Positions 1 through 10,192 of a stretch of 64,000 nucleotides of DNA are shown here, one piece after another (position 1 is the stretch's first letter; the number at the start of each line of letters is the position of its first letter). The stretch spans positions 8,375 to 72,374 of the forward strand of contig JBJEPP010000106.1 in the NCBI GenBank assembly GCA_051881295.1. Reading direction: 5' to 3'. Source of the DNA: Acutalibacteraceae bacterium. Its GTDB lineage: Bacteria; Bacillota; Clostridia; Oscillospirales; Acutalibacteraceae. The position numbers and the translations under genes were made by a program. Below the pieces are notes generated by a model that had not been told where the DNA came from, did no database searches, and was given only the letters and a program-made list of their open reading frames with translations.

Positions 1-1
1 A

Positions 2-2203
2 ATTGATAACCCAACCTTATGGAATGACGAAACCCCGTTTGTATATACTCTTTTCTTAACTGTAGAAGATGAAATCATACCTTTTCAATTAGCATTAAGA
101 AAGGTTGAAATCAAAGACAGAATGTTTCTCATAAACAACACCCCTGCTAAGCTTAAGGGTGTTAACAGGCACGATAACAACTGCAACACAGGCTACGCTG
201 TTACCGTTGAGGATATGACTAAGGATTTACTCCTTATGAAAAGGGCTAATGTTAACACAATCCGCACCTCCCACTACCCTAACGACCCCCGTTTTTATGA
301 TTTGGCAGAGGCTTTGGGCTTTTATATTGTTGACGAAGCAGATATTGAAACTCACGGAATGGGTTGGAATACAGACCAAGACTGGGATTGGACAAGGTGG
401 TCTATGCTTTCTACCGTAGACGAATGGGAAGAAAGCTACTTAGACCGTGCAAAACTCCTTTTTGAGAGAGATAAAAACCACAAGTGCGTTATTATGTGGT
501 CTTTAGGTAACGAAAGCGGCTGCGGTAAAAACCACAGAGCTATGGGTAAGTTTATAAAATCCCGCGACAAAGACGCCATCATTCATTACGAAAACTCTCA
601 CTTGGAATTTAAAGCAGTACCCGAGGGTGAAGATTTCAGAGATATTTCCGATGTTGAAAGCAGAATGTACGCAAGCTACGGTTACATAGACAAATACTTT
701 GATAACAAAGAACACACAAAGCCGTTTTTTATGTGTGAATATGTTTGTTCTATGTCTACGGGTGATGTTCACGAATTCTGGAAGCTTGTAGACAAATACC
801 CTGAATTTTGCGGCGGTTGTATCTGGGAATTTTCTGACCACACACTGAATATTCCGGATGTAAACGGCAATCCCCGTTTTTACTACGGAGGTGATTTCGG
901 CGATTTTCCAAATGACAGGCAATGCTGTATAGACGGTCTTGTATTTTCCGACAGAAGAGAGCGTCCCGGCTACTACGATATGAAAAAGGTTTATGAGCCT
1001 TTCAGGTGTACTTTAAACGGCGGCAGAATTACCGTAAAAAGTGTTAAATACTTCAGGGCTATAGACGATTTATACATTAAATGGAATATCAGTGAAAACG
1101 GTAATACAGTTAAGTCGGGCATTATAGAAAATCTCAACATTGCTCCGCAGTGTGAAGAAACCTTTGAAATTTTTGACAGTAAAGAAATCTTTAAAGGCGA
1201 TACATTCTTAACTCTTTCATTCTGTCAAAAAGCCGACACTCCTTGGGCAGAAAAAGATTACGAGGTAGGCTTTAGTCAATTTGAGCTTAAAGCAGAAAAA
1301 CACTCACAGCCACAAGAAAAAGTTACCGTAGATTACACCGAAGATGACAGATTCGTAACCGTAATTTCAGGCAATGCTCAATACATTTTTGATAAGATGT
1401 GCGGAAGAATACATCAAATTACAGTTGACGGCAAAGAGCTTCTAAAAGAGCCTACCGTCTTTAATATGTACCATTCACCTACTTACAACTGGGGTTCATA
1501 CCATCAATGGGTAGGTTGCCATTTGCATCATTTAATGCAAAACACCCACAAAACAGCCGTCAAAAAAGAAAACAGCGATGTAGTAATTACTACAGATATT
1601 GCTTTAGGCGGTCCGTCTAACCCGCCTGTTATAAAAGCAACGGTAGACTATATTTTCACTCCGTTGGGTGAAATGCTTGTAAACTTTGTCGGTAATGTCA
1701 GAGAAAACGCGCCTGTGCTTCCTCGCCTCGGTCTTAAATTTACCATGAACGAAGAAAACGAAGATATTGTTTACTTCGGTCTCGGCGAAACAGAAAGCTA
1801 CCCTGACAGGTATCAGGCAAACCGCTTTGGCAGGTACGAAACAACCGTAACGGATAACTTTGTTCACTACGCAAAACCGCAAGAAAACTCTTCTCATTAC
1901 AAAACAAGAAGAGTGGCTGTAGGTATAAAAAACGGCATAGGCCTTGTAGCAAAATCAACCGACTTTACTAAAGATTTTTCATTTAATGCGTCTCACTACT
2001 CTGACGAGCAGTTAACAAGTACAGAGCATGATTTTGACTTAGTAAACGAGCATAAAACAATTTTCTCGGTTGACCCGAGATTTAACGCCATAAGCGAAAA
2101 TGAAGAATTCGACAATGACGAAAACAACAGACTTTTTGACGAAAAGCATGTTGAATTTAAATTAAGCTTTAAGGCTGTAGAGAATATCAGTAAAGAAATA
2201 TAA
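2..2203 (+). CDS. beta-galactosidase, glycoside hydrolase family 2 (5' end outside window)
   Basis: Frame of ORF 122..2203 stays open back to nt 2 (IDNPTLWNDETPFVYTLFL...VEIKDRMFLINNTPAKLKGVNRHD). GH2 hallmarks present: GVNRHD, IRTSHYPNDP, WSLGNESG, MCEY. Confidence 0.85.
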   Translation: MDNPTLWNDETPFVYTLFLTVEDEIIPFQLALRKVEIKDRMFLINNTPAKLKGVNRHDNNCNTGYAVTVEDMTKDLLLMKRANVNTIRTSHYPNDPRFYDLAEALGFYIVDEADIETHGMGWNTDQDWDWTRWSMLSTVDEWEESYLDRAKLLFERDKNHKCVIMWSLGNESGCGKNHRAMGKFIKSRDKDAIIHYENSHLEFKAVPEGEDFRDISDVESRMYASYGYIDKYFDNKEHTKPFFMCEYVCSMSTGDVHEFWKLVDKYPEFCGGCIWEFSDHTLNIPDVNGNPRFYYGGDFGDFPNDRQCCIDGLVFSDRRERPGYYDMKKVYEPFRCTLNGGRITVKSVKYFRAIDDLYIKWNISENGNTVKSGIIENLNIAPQCEETFEIFDSKEIFKGDTFLTLSFCQKADTPWAEKDYEVGFSQFELKAEKHSQPQEKVTVDYTEDDRFVTVISGNAQYIFDKMCGRIHQITVDGKELLKEPTVFNMYHSPTYNWGSYHQWVGCHLHHLMQNTHKTAVKKENSDVVITTDIALGGPSNPPVIKATVDYIFTPLGEMLVNFVGNVRENAPVLPRLGLKFTMNEENEDIVYFGLGETESYPDRYQANRFGRYETTVTDNFVHYAKPQENSSHYKTRRVAVGIKNGIGLVAKSTDFTKDFSFNASHYSDEQLTSTEHDFDLVNEHKTIFSVDPRFNAISENEEFDNDENNRLFDEKHVEFKLSFKAVENISKEI

Positions 2204-2224
2204 ATCAATCTGTAAAAATCTCTA

Positions 2225-2262
2225 AAAAAGGCAAGAAGCACGCGACCTCTTGCCTTTTTTTA
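2225..2262. terminator. bidirectional intrinsic terminator between convergent genes
   Basis: Stem GGCAAGA...TCTTGCC flanked by an A-run upstream and T7-8 downstream. Confidence 0.6.
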
Positions 2263-2733
2263 TTTTTTCATAACCGCAACTAACCAATAGTAAACGGGAA
2301 TTATTAAAAACAATACCCATGAGAACGACCACAAGCGAAGTGTAAAGCCGCTTATTAAGTAAACTAAAACTACTAACGGAATTACAGGCAAATTAAGTAA
2401 AAATCCTTTAAATGTTTTAGTGCCTACGGCAACCGCAAACTGATAATAAACGGGTATAAAGAAAAACATCATCCAAAGCGGGTGCCAAAGGTGCGTCAGC
2501 TTACCTAAAACAACATACAGAAACGGAACAATTAAAAACACGGGAATTTTAAGCAGAAGCTTTCTGAATGACGGGTTACAAATAGGAATTTTTACATTAC
2601 CTATACTAATGGCTGAGCCCTCATTCTTGTTATATCCTGTATTTTCATTTTTAATATTTACATCGGTTTCAACTGTAGCTTTATTTATTACATTATTTTT
2701 ATCTGCAACCTTAACTTTTATTTTTTTAGCCAT
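2260..2733 (-). CDS. hypothetical membrane protein (Lys/Asn-rich N-terminus, about 4 TM helices)
   Basis: 157-aa ORF with hydrophobic helices in the C-terminal two thirds. No family recognised. Confidence 0.5.
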   Translation of the reverse strand: MAKKIKVKVADKNNVINKATVETDVNIKNENTGYNKNEGSAISIGNVKIPICNPSFRKLLLKIPVFLIVPFLYVVLGKLTHLWHPLWMMFFFIPVYYQFAVAVGTKTFKGFLLNLPVIPLVVLVYLISGFTLRLWSFSWVLFLIIPVYYWLVAVMKK

Positions 2734-2862
2734 AATTACTCCCCTGAAAAATAATTTGTACTATTATAATAATATAAAGTGACTGCATTTAGCAACAAAT
2801 ATTTCCATAAATTATTGAAATTATTATTTGCAGTGATATAATCAAGATAAGAGGTGGTTTTT

Positions 2863-3723
2863 ATGTGGTTAGTTCTGGCTTGCCTTTCTGCAGTCTTTGC
2901 CGCTGTAACATCTATTTTAGCAAAAATCGGTATAAAAAACATACCGTCAAACCTGACAACTGCTTTAAGAACAGGCGTTGTTCTTGTATTCTCCTGGTTA
3001 ATGGTTTTAGTTACGGGTGAAATAGGCGCAGTAACAGACATAACCCCTAAAGCTCTTTTATTTTTAGCGCTTTCAGGCTTTGCAACGGGCTTTTCGTGGC
3101 TTTGCTACTTTAAGGCGCTTTCTTTAGGTGAAGTAAACAAGGTTGTGCCTATTGACAAAAGCAGTACGGTGCTTTCGATTATTTTAGCATTTATTATTTT
3201 AGGAGAAAGCGTCAGCTTGCCTAAAGGAATAGGCGCGGCTATTATATTTGCAGGCACTCTTTTAATGAGTATTACGGCAAAAAGCGAGCAAAGTAAAAGC
3301 GATAAAAAATATTTGCCTTATGCGTGCGGCTCTGCCATGTTTGCCGCCCTTACCTCAATACTTGCAAAAATCGGCATAGAAGATGTGCCTTCTAACACCG
3401 CAACCGCCGTAAGAACGATATTTGTACTTATTATGGCTTGGTTTGTAGTATTTAAGAACAAAGAGCAAAAGGGTCTTAAATCAATAGATAAAAAAAGTCT
3501 TCTGTTTATTGTTGCATCGGGAATTACTACAGGCTGTTCGTGGCTTTGCTACTACGGTGCTATTAAAATGGGTGAAGTCAGCGTAGTAGTCCCTATAGAT
3601 AAGCTGAGCATTTTATTAACCATTTTCTTCGGCAGGGTAGTATTTAAAGAACATTTAACCAAAAAATCCGCAATAGGTTTAGCACTTATAACTTTGGGTA
3701 CACTTTTAATGTTAGTTAAATAA
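2863..3723 (+). CDS. EamA/DMT-family transporter (two EamA repeats)
   Basis: Internal duplication (AVTSILAKIGIKNIPSN / ALTSILAKIGIEDVPSN; both halves end VVPIDK). ATG at 2863 follows AGAGGTGG; the GTG at 2854 lies inside the SD. Confidence 0.8.
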   Translation: MWLVLACLSAVFAAVTSILAKIGIKNIPSNLTTALRTGVVLVFSWLMVLVTGEIGAVTDITPKALLFLALSGFATGFSWLCYFKALSLGEVNKVVPIDKSSTVLSIILAFIILGESVSLPKGIGAAIIFAGTLLMSITAKSEQSKSDKKYLPYACGSAMFAALTSILAKIGIEDVPSNTATAVRTIFVLIMAWFVVFKNKEQKGLKSIDKKSLLFIVASGITTGCSWLCYYGAIKMGEVSVVVPIDKLSILLTIFFGRVVFKEHLTKKSAIGLALITLGTLLMLVK

Positions 3724-3777
3724 ATTTACATAATTTGTTAAAATTTATGTTATATAGTATAATTAGAAGGTGAGTTT

Positions 3778-4353
3778 ATGGAAAAATTAAGAAAACAAAT
3801 GCCTAAAAAGGTTATTAATATTATATTCAGCGTTGTAATAGCACTGCTCGGTGTAGTGTTGCTTATATTCCCTGACGCAACGCTCTATTCAACCTGTTAT
3901 ATAACAGGTGCGTTAACTCTTATTTGGGGTATTAAAAAGGCTGTGCAGTACATTGGAGACAGAAAATACGGAATACCCAACATTTTAGATTTAATAAGCG
4001 GAATAGCACTTATAATTATAGCGGTTACTCTTTTGGTACACCCTGCGTTTTTAGTATCCGTAATACCGTTTTTGTTGGGAATAAGCATTGTAGTTTTCGG
4101 AATATCCTCACTTCTTTCTCCATCGGGTATTCTGGGCAAAATATTAAATATATGTATTACCGTATTCGGTTTTTCCGTTATGTTTAACCCATTTAACAGT
4201 GCAGTATCACTTGCAAGAATGCTGGGCATTGCATTTTTAATATACGGCATAATAAAAGTTATTGCCGAGATAATGTACGGTGACAAGAACACATATCCTC
4301 CAAGCGATAACGGTGACGGATATACTGAAGTTGAGTTCAGAGATGTGGAATAA
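3778..4353 (+). CDS. HdeD/DUF308-like small membrane protein
   Basis: 191 aa with repeated short TM hairpins (GxxxIxxGI pattern). SD GAAGGTGA upstream. Confidence 0.5.
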   Translation: MEKLRKQMPKKVINIIFSVVIALLGVVLLIFPDATLYSTCYITGALTLIWGIKKAVQYIGDRKYGIPNILDLISGIALIIIAVTLLVHPAFLVSVIPFLLGISIVVFGISSLLSPSGILGKILNICITVFGFSVMFNPFNSAVSLARMLGIAFLIYGIIKVIAEIMYGDKNTYPPSDNGDGYTEVEFRDVE

Positions 4354-4450
4354 GCATATTAAATGAAAAATTTCGGAAAAGCACCGACACTTTGTGTGAT
4401 AATGTTCTTTTGATAATAAAAATAACTTTACTTTTCTTATAAATAAAATT

Positions 4451-4506
4451 AGAACAGACAGTAATTCGAATTTTAAATACTTGAATTTACTGTCTGTTCT
4501 TTTTTA
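4451..4506. terminator. bidirectional intrinsic terminator
   Basis: 14-bp stem AGAACAGACAGTAA...TTACTGTCTGTTCT followed by T6; A-rich on the other side. Confidence 0.7.
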
Positions 4507-4534
4507 AATTATGGCAATACCGAAATCTTTCATT

Positions 4535-5107
4535 TTATAGATTATCAAGAGTTTCTTCAAATGCAGGTAGAAATTCTTCTAAAAAAACTTTAACCTCAGG
4601 GAGTTTAAGGGCTTCGATTTTTTTACGGGTAGAGATTTCTGCCTCGTGAAATTCTCTGTTGCCCGCTTTACGCTCTTCAATACATTTTATGAGTGCGCTC
4701 AGCTTATCCGCCGCTTTTACAAGAGGTTTAAGCTCTTCATCACCTTCATATAAAAGGTCTCTGAAATCATCTCTTAAATCTTCAGGTAATTTATTTAAAA
4801 GTTTTTCGTTTGCACTATCTTCTACCGCTTTAAAAGCTGTTAAAATATCGTTATTCTGATATTTTATAGGTGTGGGCATATCGCCGGTGATTATCTCGTG
4901 GGCATCGTGATAAAGACCTAATACAGCGGCACGGTCGGCATTATAATTTTTATTAAAACGCTTATTGCCGATAATTGCAAGCGCGTGGGCTATAACAGCC
5001 ACTTCTTTAGAGTGACTGTCTAAGCTTTCGCGTTCCGTATTGCGCATTAAAGCCCATCGGTCGATGTACTTCATACGGGAAATCATAGCAAAAAAACTGT
5101 AATTCAT
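4535..5107 (-). CDS. yfbR: HD-domain 5'-deoxynucleotidase, YfbR-like
   Basis: Collinear with E. coli YfbR as I recall it: FFAMISRMKYIDRWALMRN, SHSKEVAVIAHALA, YHDAHEIITGDMPTPIKY. Confidence 0.8.
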   Translation of the reverse strand: MNYSFFAMISRMKYIDRWALMRNTERESLDSHSKEVAVIAHALAIIGNKRFNKNYNADRAAVLGLYHDAHEIITGDMPTPIKYQNNDILTAFKAVEDSANEKLLNKLPEDLRDDFRDLLYEGDEELKPLVKAADKLSALIKCIEERKAGNREFHEAEISTRKKIEALKLPEVKVFLEEFLPAFEETLDNL

Positions 5108-5116
5108 TTTTTCACC

Positions 5117-8100
5117 TTATTTAAACTTAATCTTAAATGTTTTGATTTCAAACGGTTTAAAGGTTGCAGTAATTGTATTGCCTTTAAATTCAACTGCTGT
5201 ATCCTCTTCTTCCATTAAGTTACACTCTGCGGCGGATAAAATATCTGTGTTAAATGTAAGAACGGCGTTTGTTTTGCTGTTCCAACACTCATAGCAACGA
5301 ACAATTAAATCGCCGCTATCCTCTGCAACCTTAACGGTTTCAACAATAACATTGTTTTTACTGCTTTTAACTAATGAATAGTCGCTTGGGAGTGTTCCTT
5401 TGTGGGCTTTCTCGGTTACGGCATAAAGCGGATAGTTTACATTAAACGCCTCTTCGTAAACTCTCGAATCGCTTACCCTTTTTGCGTGTGGATAAATTGA
5501 GAAAGTAAACGAGTGGAACTCATTATCCTGAACTGCACCGTGGTCAAAAGCACATCTGAAAAGTGTAGGTCTTATTCTGCCGTCTTTAATAGAACAGCCG
5601 TATTTACAGTCGTTAATAACAGAGAGTCCGAAGCCGTTATCCGATAAATCGCACCATTTGTGCATGGGTACTTCAAATTGAGCAAATTCCCATGTAGTAT
5701 TCTCGTTTGTGGAGCGCTCCAAGTTACCGAACTGAATGTCGTAGGTTGCTCTTGTAGCATTAACATCTACAGGGTAATCTGCTTTAAGAACAACTCTGTT
5801 TTCGTGCCAATCTGATTCGTGGTCAATATCAAATCTTTCTAAATCGTTATAGAAGCAATAGTATTGAGTTAAAACGGAATTTCTGAATTTTCTGTTTACT
5901 TTATAAACTGCACGAACAGGACCGACTTCAAGAAGCTCTGCACTTTCAAGAGCAAAATCCCATGATTTTTCACGGTAGTAGCTTTTAATATCCCATGCAG
6001 GGTAGCAATAAGGTCTATCCTGAAAAGCAATAATTTTACCGAGAACTTCGCCCTTTGGAGCTACCTCGCGCTGTGACTCTTTGTGATAAAGGGAGCTTAT
6101 ATTGTAATCTTCGTTAAACTCTGCTTTGTAGAACCGGGTTTCAACTGTTTTGCCGTTAGCCGCAACATTTTCTTTCGCCGTAGGTTTTGTGAGCTCAACC
6201 TTAAATGAAGAATAACCTTTCGGGCTTACATCTGCAACAAATACAATTTTGCCGTCATAAGTTTTTTGGTAAGCAACTTCATTACCGTTTTTATCAAATA
6301 ATGCAAATTCTTCTGCAACGGGAGCATCGCAAATAACCGCATCGTGACGGTTGAAGCCGGTTGTATTAAATACAACAATGCTGTCTTTTTCTAAATTTAT
6401 TTCAGAAAGTAAAGCACCCTGTGCATTGCCTGCCATTTCACAACCGTTGCTTAAAACCTCTTCGTATTGAACCTTGCTGTCTTCATAAACCTGTTTAATT
6501 GAAGAGCCGGGTAAAATATCGTGGAATTGGTTTGTCAAAATAACCTTCCAATTTTCTAAAAGTCTTTCTTTAGGGTATGTAAAGCCAACCTCTTTATCAG
6601 CGATTGCAGAAAGTGTTTCAACATCGTGATAAAGAATTTCGCTCTTACGGTTGTATTTTTTATTCCGAGCCATACTCGTAAGTGTGCCGCGGTGAAATTC
6701 AAGATAAAGCTCGCCGCTCCATTTAGGGAGCTTAGGGTCATTTTTAACTTTACTTTCCAAATCCTTAAAGAAATCAATTGAATGCGCTTGCTTTACAACA
6801 GGGCAACCGGGAATACCTTTAGCCATTCTGCGACCTTGTTCAAGCATGTGAATTGACGGTCCGCCGCCGCCGTCACCCCAGCCGTAAGAAACAAGCCATT
6901 CTTTAGACAAATCTTTTTGAGAATATCTTTTGTAGCCACCCATTATTTCACCCGGATTTAAATGGCCGTTGTAGGTAGTATCCCAAGACATATATTCATC
7001 ATATTGAACTTCTTTCGATGTTGGAAAATGTGAAAGAACTTCTGTACCGTCAATACCTTTCCACATAAAAGTATCGTAAGGGAATTTGTTAAACTCATTC
7101 CAACTTATTTTAGTGGTCATAAAGTATTCCATGCCGCTCTTTTTAATAAGCTGAGGAATAGCGGCCGAGTAACCGAAAACATCGGGAAGCCACATTATTT
7201 TATTATCTACGCCGAATTCCTGTTTAAAGAATCTTTTACCTACAAGGAATTGACGAACGAGAGCCTCGCCGCCTGCAACATTAGTATCTGCCTCTACCCA
7301 CATAGAGCCTTCAACTTCCCATTGACCGTCCTTAACCTTTTTCTTGATACCCTCGTAAACATCAGGGTAATCCTGTTTTACATAATCGTAAAGCTGAGCC
7401 TGAGATGACATAAACTTATACTCAGGGTACTCGTCCATATATTTTAATACGGTTGCAAATGAGCGACCTGCTTTATCTCTTGTTTGACGGAGTCTCCAAA
7501 GCCACGCAACATCTATATGTGTGTGACCTACGCACCAAGCAGTAGCGTCCATACCTTTGCCGTAAAGGTTTTTATCAAGATAATCCATAGCCTCTTGGGC
7601 TGTTTCGTGAAAAACTTCTCTATCGTCCGAATCAACATCTACAATATTGCAAGCAGTGTTAAGAGCTTTGATAATATCAATACGGGGAGCGTCATCTTCA
7701 CCGTAATTTGTTGCAACCTCAAGCGGAGTTGTAACATCATAGAAGAATTTAAAAGCAATATCGTCTACAGCCTCTAAAACTGCGCCCATACGCACTTCGC
7801 CGCGCCAATCGTGGTCATCGGTATAAGCGTTAATGCAGATTTCAAGCACCTCGCCGCCCTCTGCACAGTTTGAAAGCGTTACATATTGGTGATTACTGTC
7901 GCAACCCTGAGTTGTTTTGCCGTTAATGAAAACCTTAAACTGCGGGTTACTGCCTGTGCGTTCACTGTTCCAGCCGTTTTCGTAAGGAATGATTCTGTAA
8001 ATTACATGCTGACCCTTGAAGCTTTCCGGCACCCTGACAGTCTGCTTAAACCAGGCATAACATTCTCTGTATCCCCAATACTCACAGTTAGCCTTAAAGG

Positions 8101-8287
8101 GCACCCAGCTACCCTCGTCTTTTTTATCAATTGTAGACTGACCGTCTCTGAAAAGAAAATCTCCTGTGCCTACAGAGTCAATAACATAAAACTTATTTAA
8201 AACATCTTGTGCTATTGTACGAACACGGTGGTCAAGCCCGTAGCGTTCGCTGTTTTTATCGTGAAAAGGAATTCTATATTGAGCCAT
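5117..8287 (-). CDS. alpha-mannosidase, glycoside hydrolase family 38
   Basis: GH38 N-terminal catalytic motif GHTHIDVAWLW and typical length. Start moved to ATG 8287 (MAQYRIP), which is preceded by GGAAAGG; the ORF-track start at 8347 has no SD. Confidence 0.85.
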   Translation of the reverse strand: MAQYRIPFHDKNSERYGLDHRVRTIAQDVLNKFYVIDSVGTGDFLFRDGQSTIDKKDEGSWVPFKANCEYWGYRECYAWFKQTVRVPESFKGQHVIYRIIPYENGWNSERTGSNPQFKVFINGKTTQGCDSNHQYVTLSNCAEGGEVLEICINAYTDDHDWRGEVRMGAVLEAVDDIAFKFFYDVTTPLEVATNYGEDDAPRIDIIKALNTACNIVDVDSDDREVFHETAQEAMDYLDKNLYGKGMDATAWCVGHTHIDVAWLWRLRQTRDKAGRSFATVLKYMDEYPEYKFMSSQAQLYDYVKQDYPDVYEGIKKKVKDGQWEVEGSMWVEADTNVAGGEALVRQFLVGKRFFKQEFGVDNKIMWLPDVFGYSAAIPQLIKKSGMEYFMTTKISWNEFNKFPYDTFMWKGIDGTEVLSHFPTSKEVQYDEYMSWDTTYNGHLNPGEIMGGYKRYSQKDLSKEWLVSYGWGDGGGGPSIHMLEQGRRMAKGIPGCPVVKQAHSIDFFKDLESKVKNDPKLPKWSGELYLEFHRGTLTSMARNKKYNRKSEILYHDVETLSAIADKEVGFTYPKERLLENWKVILTNQFHDILPGSSIKQVYEDSKVQYEEVLSNGCEMAGNAQGALLSEINLEKDSIVVFNTTGFNRHDAVICDAPVAEEFALFDKNGNEVAYQKTYDGKIVFVADVSPKGYSSFKVELTKPTAKENVAANGKTVETRFYKAEFNEDYNISSLYHKESQREVAPKGEVLGKIIAFQDRPYCYPAWDIKSYYREKSWDFALESAELLEVGPVRAVYKVNRKFRNSVLTQYYCFYNDLERFDIDHESDWHENRVVLKADYPVDVNATRATYDIQFGNLERSTNENTTWEFAQFEVPMHKWCDLSDNGFGLSVINDCKYGCSIKDGRIRPTLFRCAFDHGAVQDNEFHSFTFSIYPHAKRVSDSRVYEEAFNVNYPLYAVTEKAHKGTLPSDYSLVKSSKNNVIVETVKVAEDSGDLIVRCYECWNSKTNAVLTFNTDILSAAECNLMEEEDTAVEFKGNTITATFKPFEIKTFKIKFK

Positions 8288-8411
8288 AATTCCATACCTT
8301 TCCGGTAATTCGTTTACCTTAAAAATAATCAAGTGTAATGATAACATAGAATATGTTGTTTTGCAATAATTTAACAGTAAAAATGTCTGTTTTTATCGTT
8401 ACTTTTTATAG

Positions 8412-8440
8412 TTGACAATAGACCCTTTAAAATGTAAAAT
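8412..8440 (+). promoter_or_regulatory. sigma-A type promoter for the IMPDH gene
   Basis: TTGACA, 17-nt spacer, TAAAAT. Confidence 0.6.
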
Positions 8441-8485
8441 AGTATACAATATAAAAGTATAACATTTTATAAGGAGCGATAAACT

Positions 8486-9994
8486 ATGGCACATTTTTGT
8501 AACGAACCGTCAAGAACATTCAGCGAATATTTACTTATACCGGGTTACACAGGTCCCGACTGTATTCCTGATAATGTAAGCCTCAAAACACCACTTTGCA
8601 AATTCAAAAAGGGTGAAGAATCACCTATTACTTTAAACATACCAATGGTATCTGCAATTATGCAGTCTGTTTCAAACGATACTCTTGCTATTGCTCTTGC
8701 AAAAGAGGGCGGTATTTCATTTATATACGGCTCACAGTCTATTGAATCCGAAGCCGCTATGGTAGCAAAGGTAAAAAGCTACAAAGCAGGTTTTGTAGTT
8801 AGCGACTCTAATCTTCGCCCTGACGCAACATTAGAAGAAGTTATCGCTCTTTATGAAAAACTCGGTCACTCAACAATGGCTGTTACAGAAGACGGTACTG
8901 CAAACGGCAAGCTTTTAGGTGTGGTTACATCAAGAGACTACAGAATCAGCAGAATGTCTATGGACGAAAAAGTAAAAAACTTTATGACTCCTTTAGAAAA
9001 ACTCGTTACCGCTCCGGAGGGCACATCTCTTAAAGATGCAAACGATATTATTTGGGAGCACAAACTCAATTCGCTCCCTATTATTGACCGTAACGGCAAG
9101 CTCCTTTATTTTGTATTCCGTAAAGACTATTCACAGCATAAAGAAAACCCGCTGGAATTACTTGACGACCAAAAGAGATATGTAGTAGGCGCAGGTATTA
9201 ACACCCGCGACTATGCAGAGCGTGTTCCCGCCCTTGTAGACGCCGGTGCAGATGTTCTTTGCATAGACTCATCTGAGGGTTATACAGAGTGGCAAAAACG
9301 CACTATTGCATTTGTTCGTGAAAAATACGGCGATACAGTAAAAGTCGGCGCAGGTAATGTAGTAGACAGAGACGGTTTTAGATTTTTGGCTGATGCAGGC
9401 GCAGATTTTATTAAAGTCGGTATCGGCGGCGGCTCAATTTGTATTACCCGTGAAACAAAAGGCATAGGCCGAGGACAGGCTACCGCTCTTATTGAAGTTG
9501 CTGCCGCAAGAGATGAATATTTTGAAGAAACAGGCGTTTATGTTCCTATTTGCTCTGACGGCGGTATTGTTCACGACTACCACATGACACTTGCTCTTGC
9601 TATGGGTGCCGATTTCTTAATGCTTGGCAGATATTTTGCAAGATTTGACGAAAGCCCGACACCGAAGCTTAACATTAACGGCACTTATGTTAAAGAATAT
9701 TGGGGCGAGGGTTCAAACAGAGCAAGAAACTGGCAAAGATACGACCTGGGCGGTCAGAGTAAGCTTTCATTTGAAGAGGGCGTTGACTCTTATGTAACTT
9801 ATGCCGGCTCTCTTCACGATAATGTTTTAAAGAGCCTTTACAAGGTAAAATCTACAATGTGCAACTGCGGTGTTGTTACAATACCTGATTTACAGAGAGA
9901 CGCAAAACTCACGGTAGTATCTTCTACAAGTATTGTTGAAGGCGGCTACCACGATGTTATGCTTAAAACATCTAACGGAAATAATATACGGTAA
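8486..9994 (+). CDS. guaB: IMP dehydrogenase (with CBS pair)
   Basis: 502 aa. Catalytic loop [12 protein letters not shown] and a CBS-type insert ([20 protein letters not shown]). SD AAGGAG. Confidence 0.75.
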   Translation: MAHFCNEPSRTFSEYLLIPGYTGPDCIPDNVSLKTPLCKFKKGEESPITLNIPMVSAIMQSVSNDTLAIALAKEGGISFIYGSQSIESEAAMVAKVKSYKAGFVVSDSNLRPDATLEEVIALYEKLGHSTMAVTEDGTANGKLLGVVTSRDYRISRMSMDEKVKNFMTPLEKLVTAPEGTSLKDANDIIWEHKLNSLPIIDRNGKLLYFVFRKDYSQHKENPLELLDDQKRYVVGAGINTRDYAERVPALVDAGADVLCIDSSEGYTEWQKRTIAFVREKYGDTVKVGAGNVVDRDGFRFLADAGADFIKVGIGGGSICITRETKGIGRGQATALIEVAAARDEYFEETGVYVPICSDGGIVHDYHMTLALAMGADFLMLGRYFARFDESPTPKLNINGTYVKEYWGEGSNRARNWQRYDLGGQSKLSFEEGVDSYVTYAGSLHDNVLKSLYKVKSTMCNCGVVTIPDLQRDAKLTVVSSTSIVEGGYHDVMLKTSNGNNIR

Positions 9995-10192
9995 ATCTGT
10001 CTGACAGCTAAAAGTCCACAGCGGGCTTTGCAAATATTTGGAAATGATAAGACCGATAGTAGTTCTAAAAATCAGAATTACCATCGGTCGATTTTTTTCG
10101 TTTGTTTATTCCTAAATAATAACTGCAACGCGAAGCAGTCATTACTTGCCTAAAGCGATAGCGGCTATTAGCTATTAGCTGTCGGCTGTTAT
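9995..10192. repeat. intergenic repeat element, copy A (7-nt periodic arms plus conserved central hairpin)
   Basis: Fills the whole gap between convergent guaB and sigE. GCT/AGC occurs in 7-nt register at 10164/10171/10178/10185 and at 10006/10013/10020. The hairpin and adjacent TAACTGCAACGCGAAGCA segment are homologous to copy B (40794-41138). Confidence 0.7.
10051..10098 (+). terminator. intrinsic terminator (part of repeat element A)
   Basis: GACCGATAGTAGTTCT-loop-AGAATTACCATCGGTC followed by T7. Confidence 0.7.

Noticed and set aside
503-2241. Minus-strand ORFs of 72-139 aa (503..922, 1604..1897, 1740..1958, 1996..2241) inside the GH2 gene
   Set aside because: They are antisense shadows of a well-supported long CDS. 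Their composition is low-complexity and Phe/Val-rich, and they have no SD.
2736-3041. 101-aa minus-strand ORF overlapping the EamA transporter start
   Set aside because: It overlaps a clear two-repeat EamA CDS and its promoter region, and has no recognisable features.
8348-8485. Looked for a purine (guanine/xpt-type) riboswitch upstream of guaB
   Set aside because: Only a promoter and a short AT-rich leader are present, with no three-way-junction aptamer motifs.
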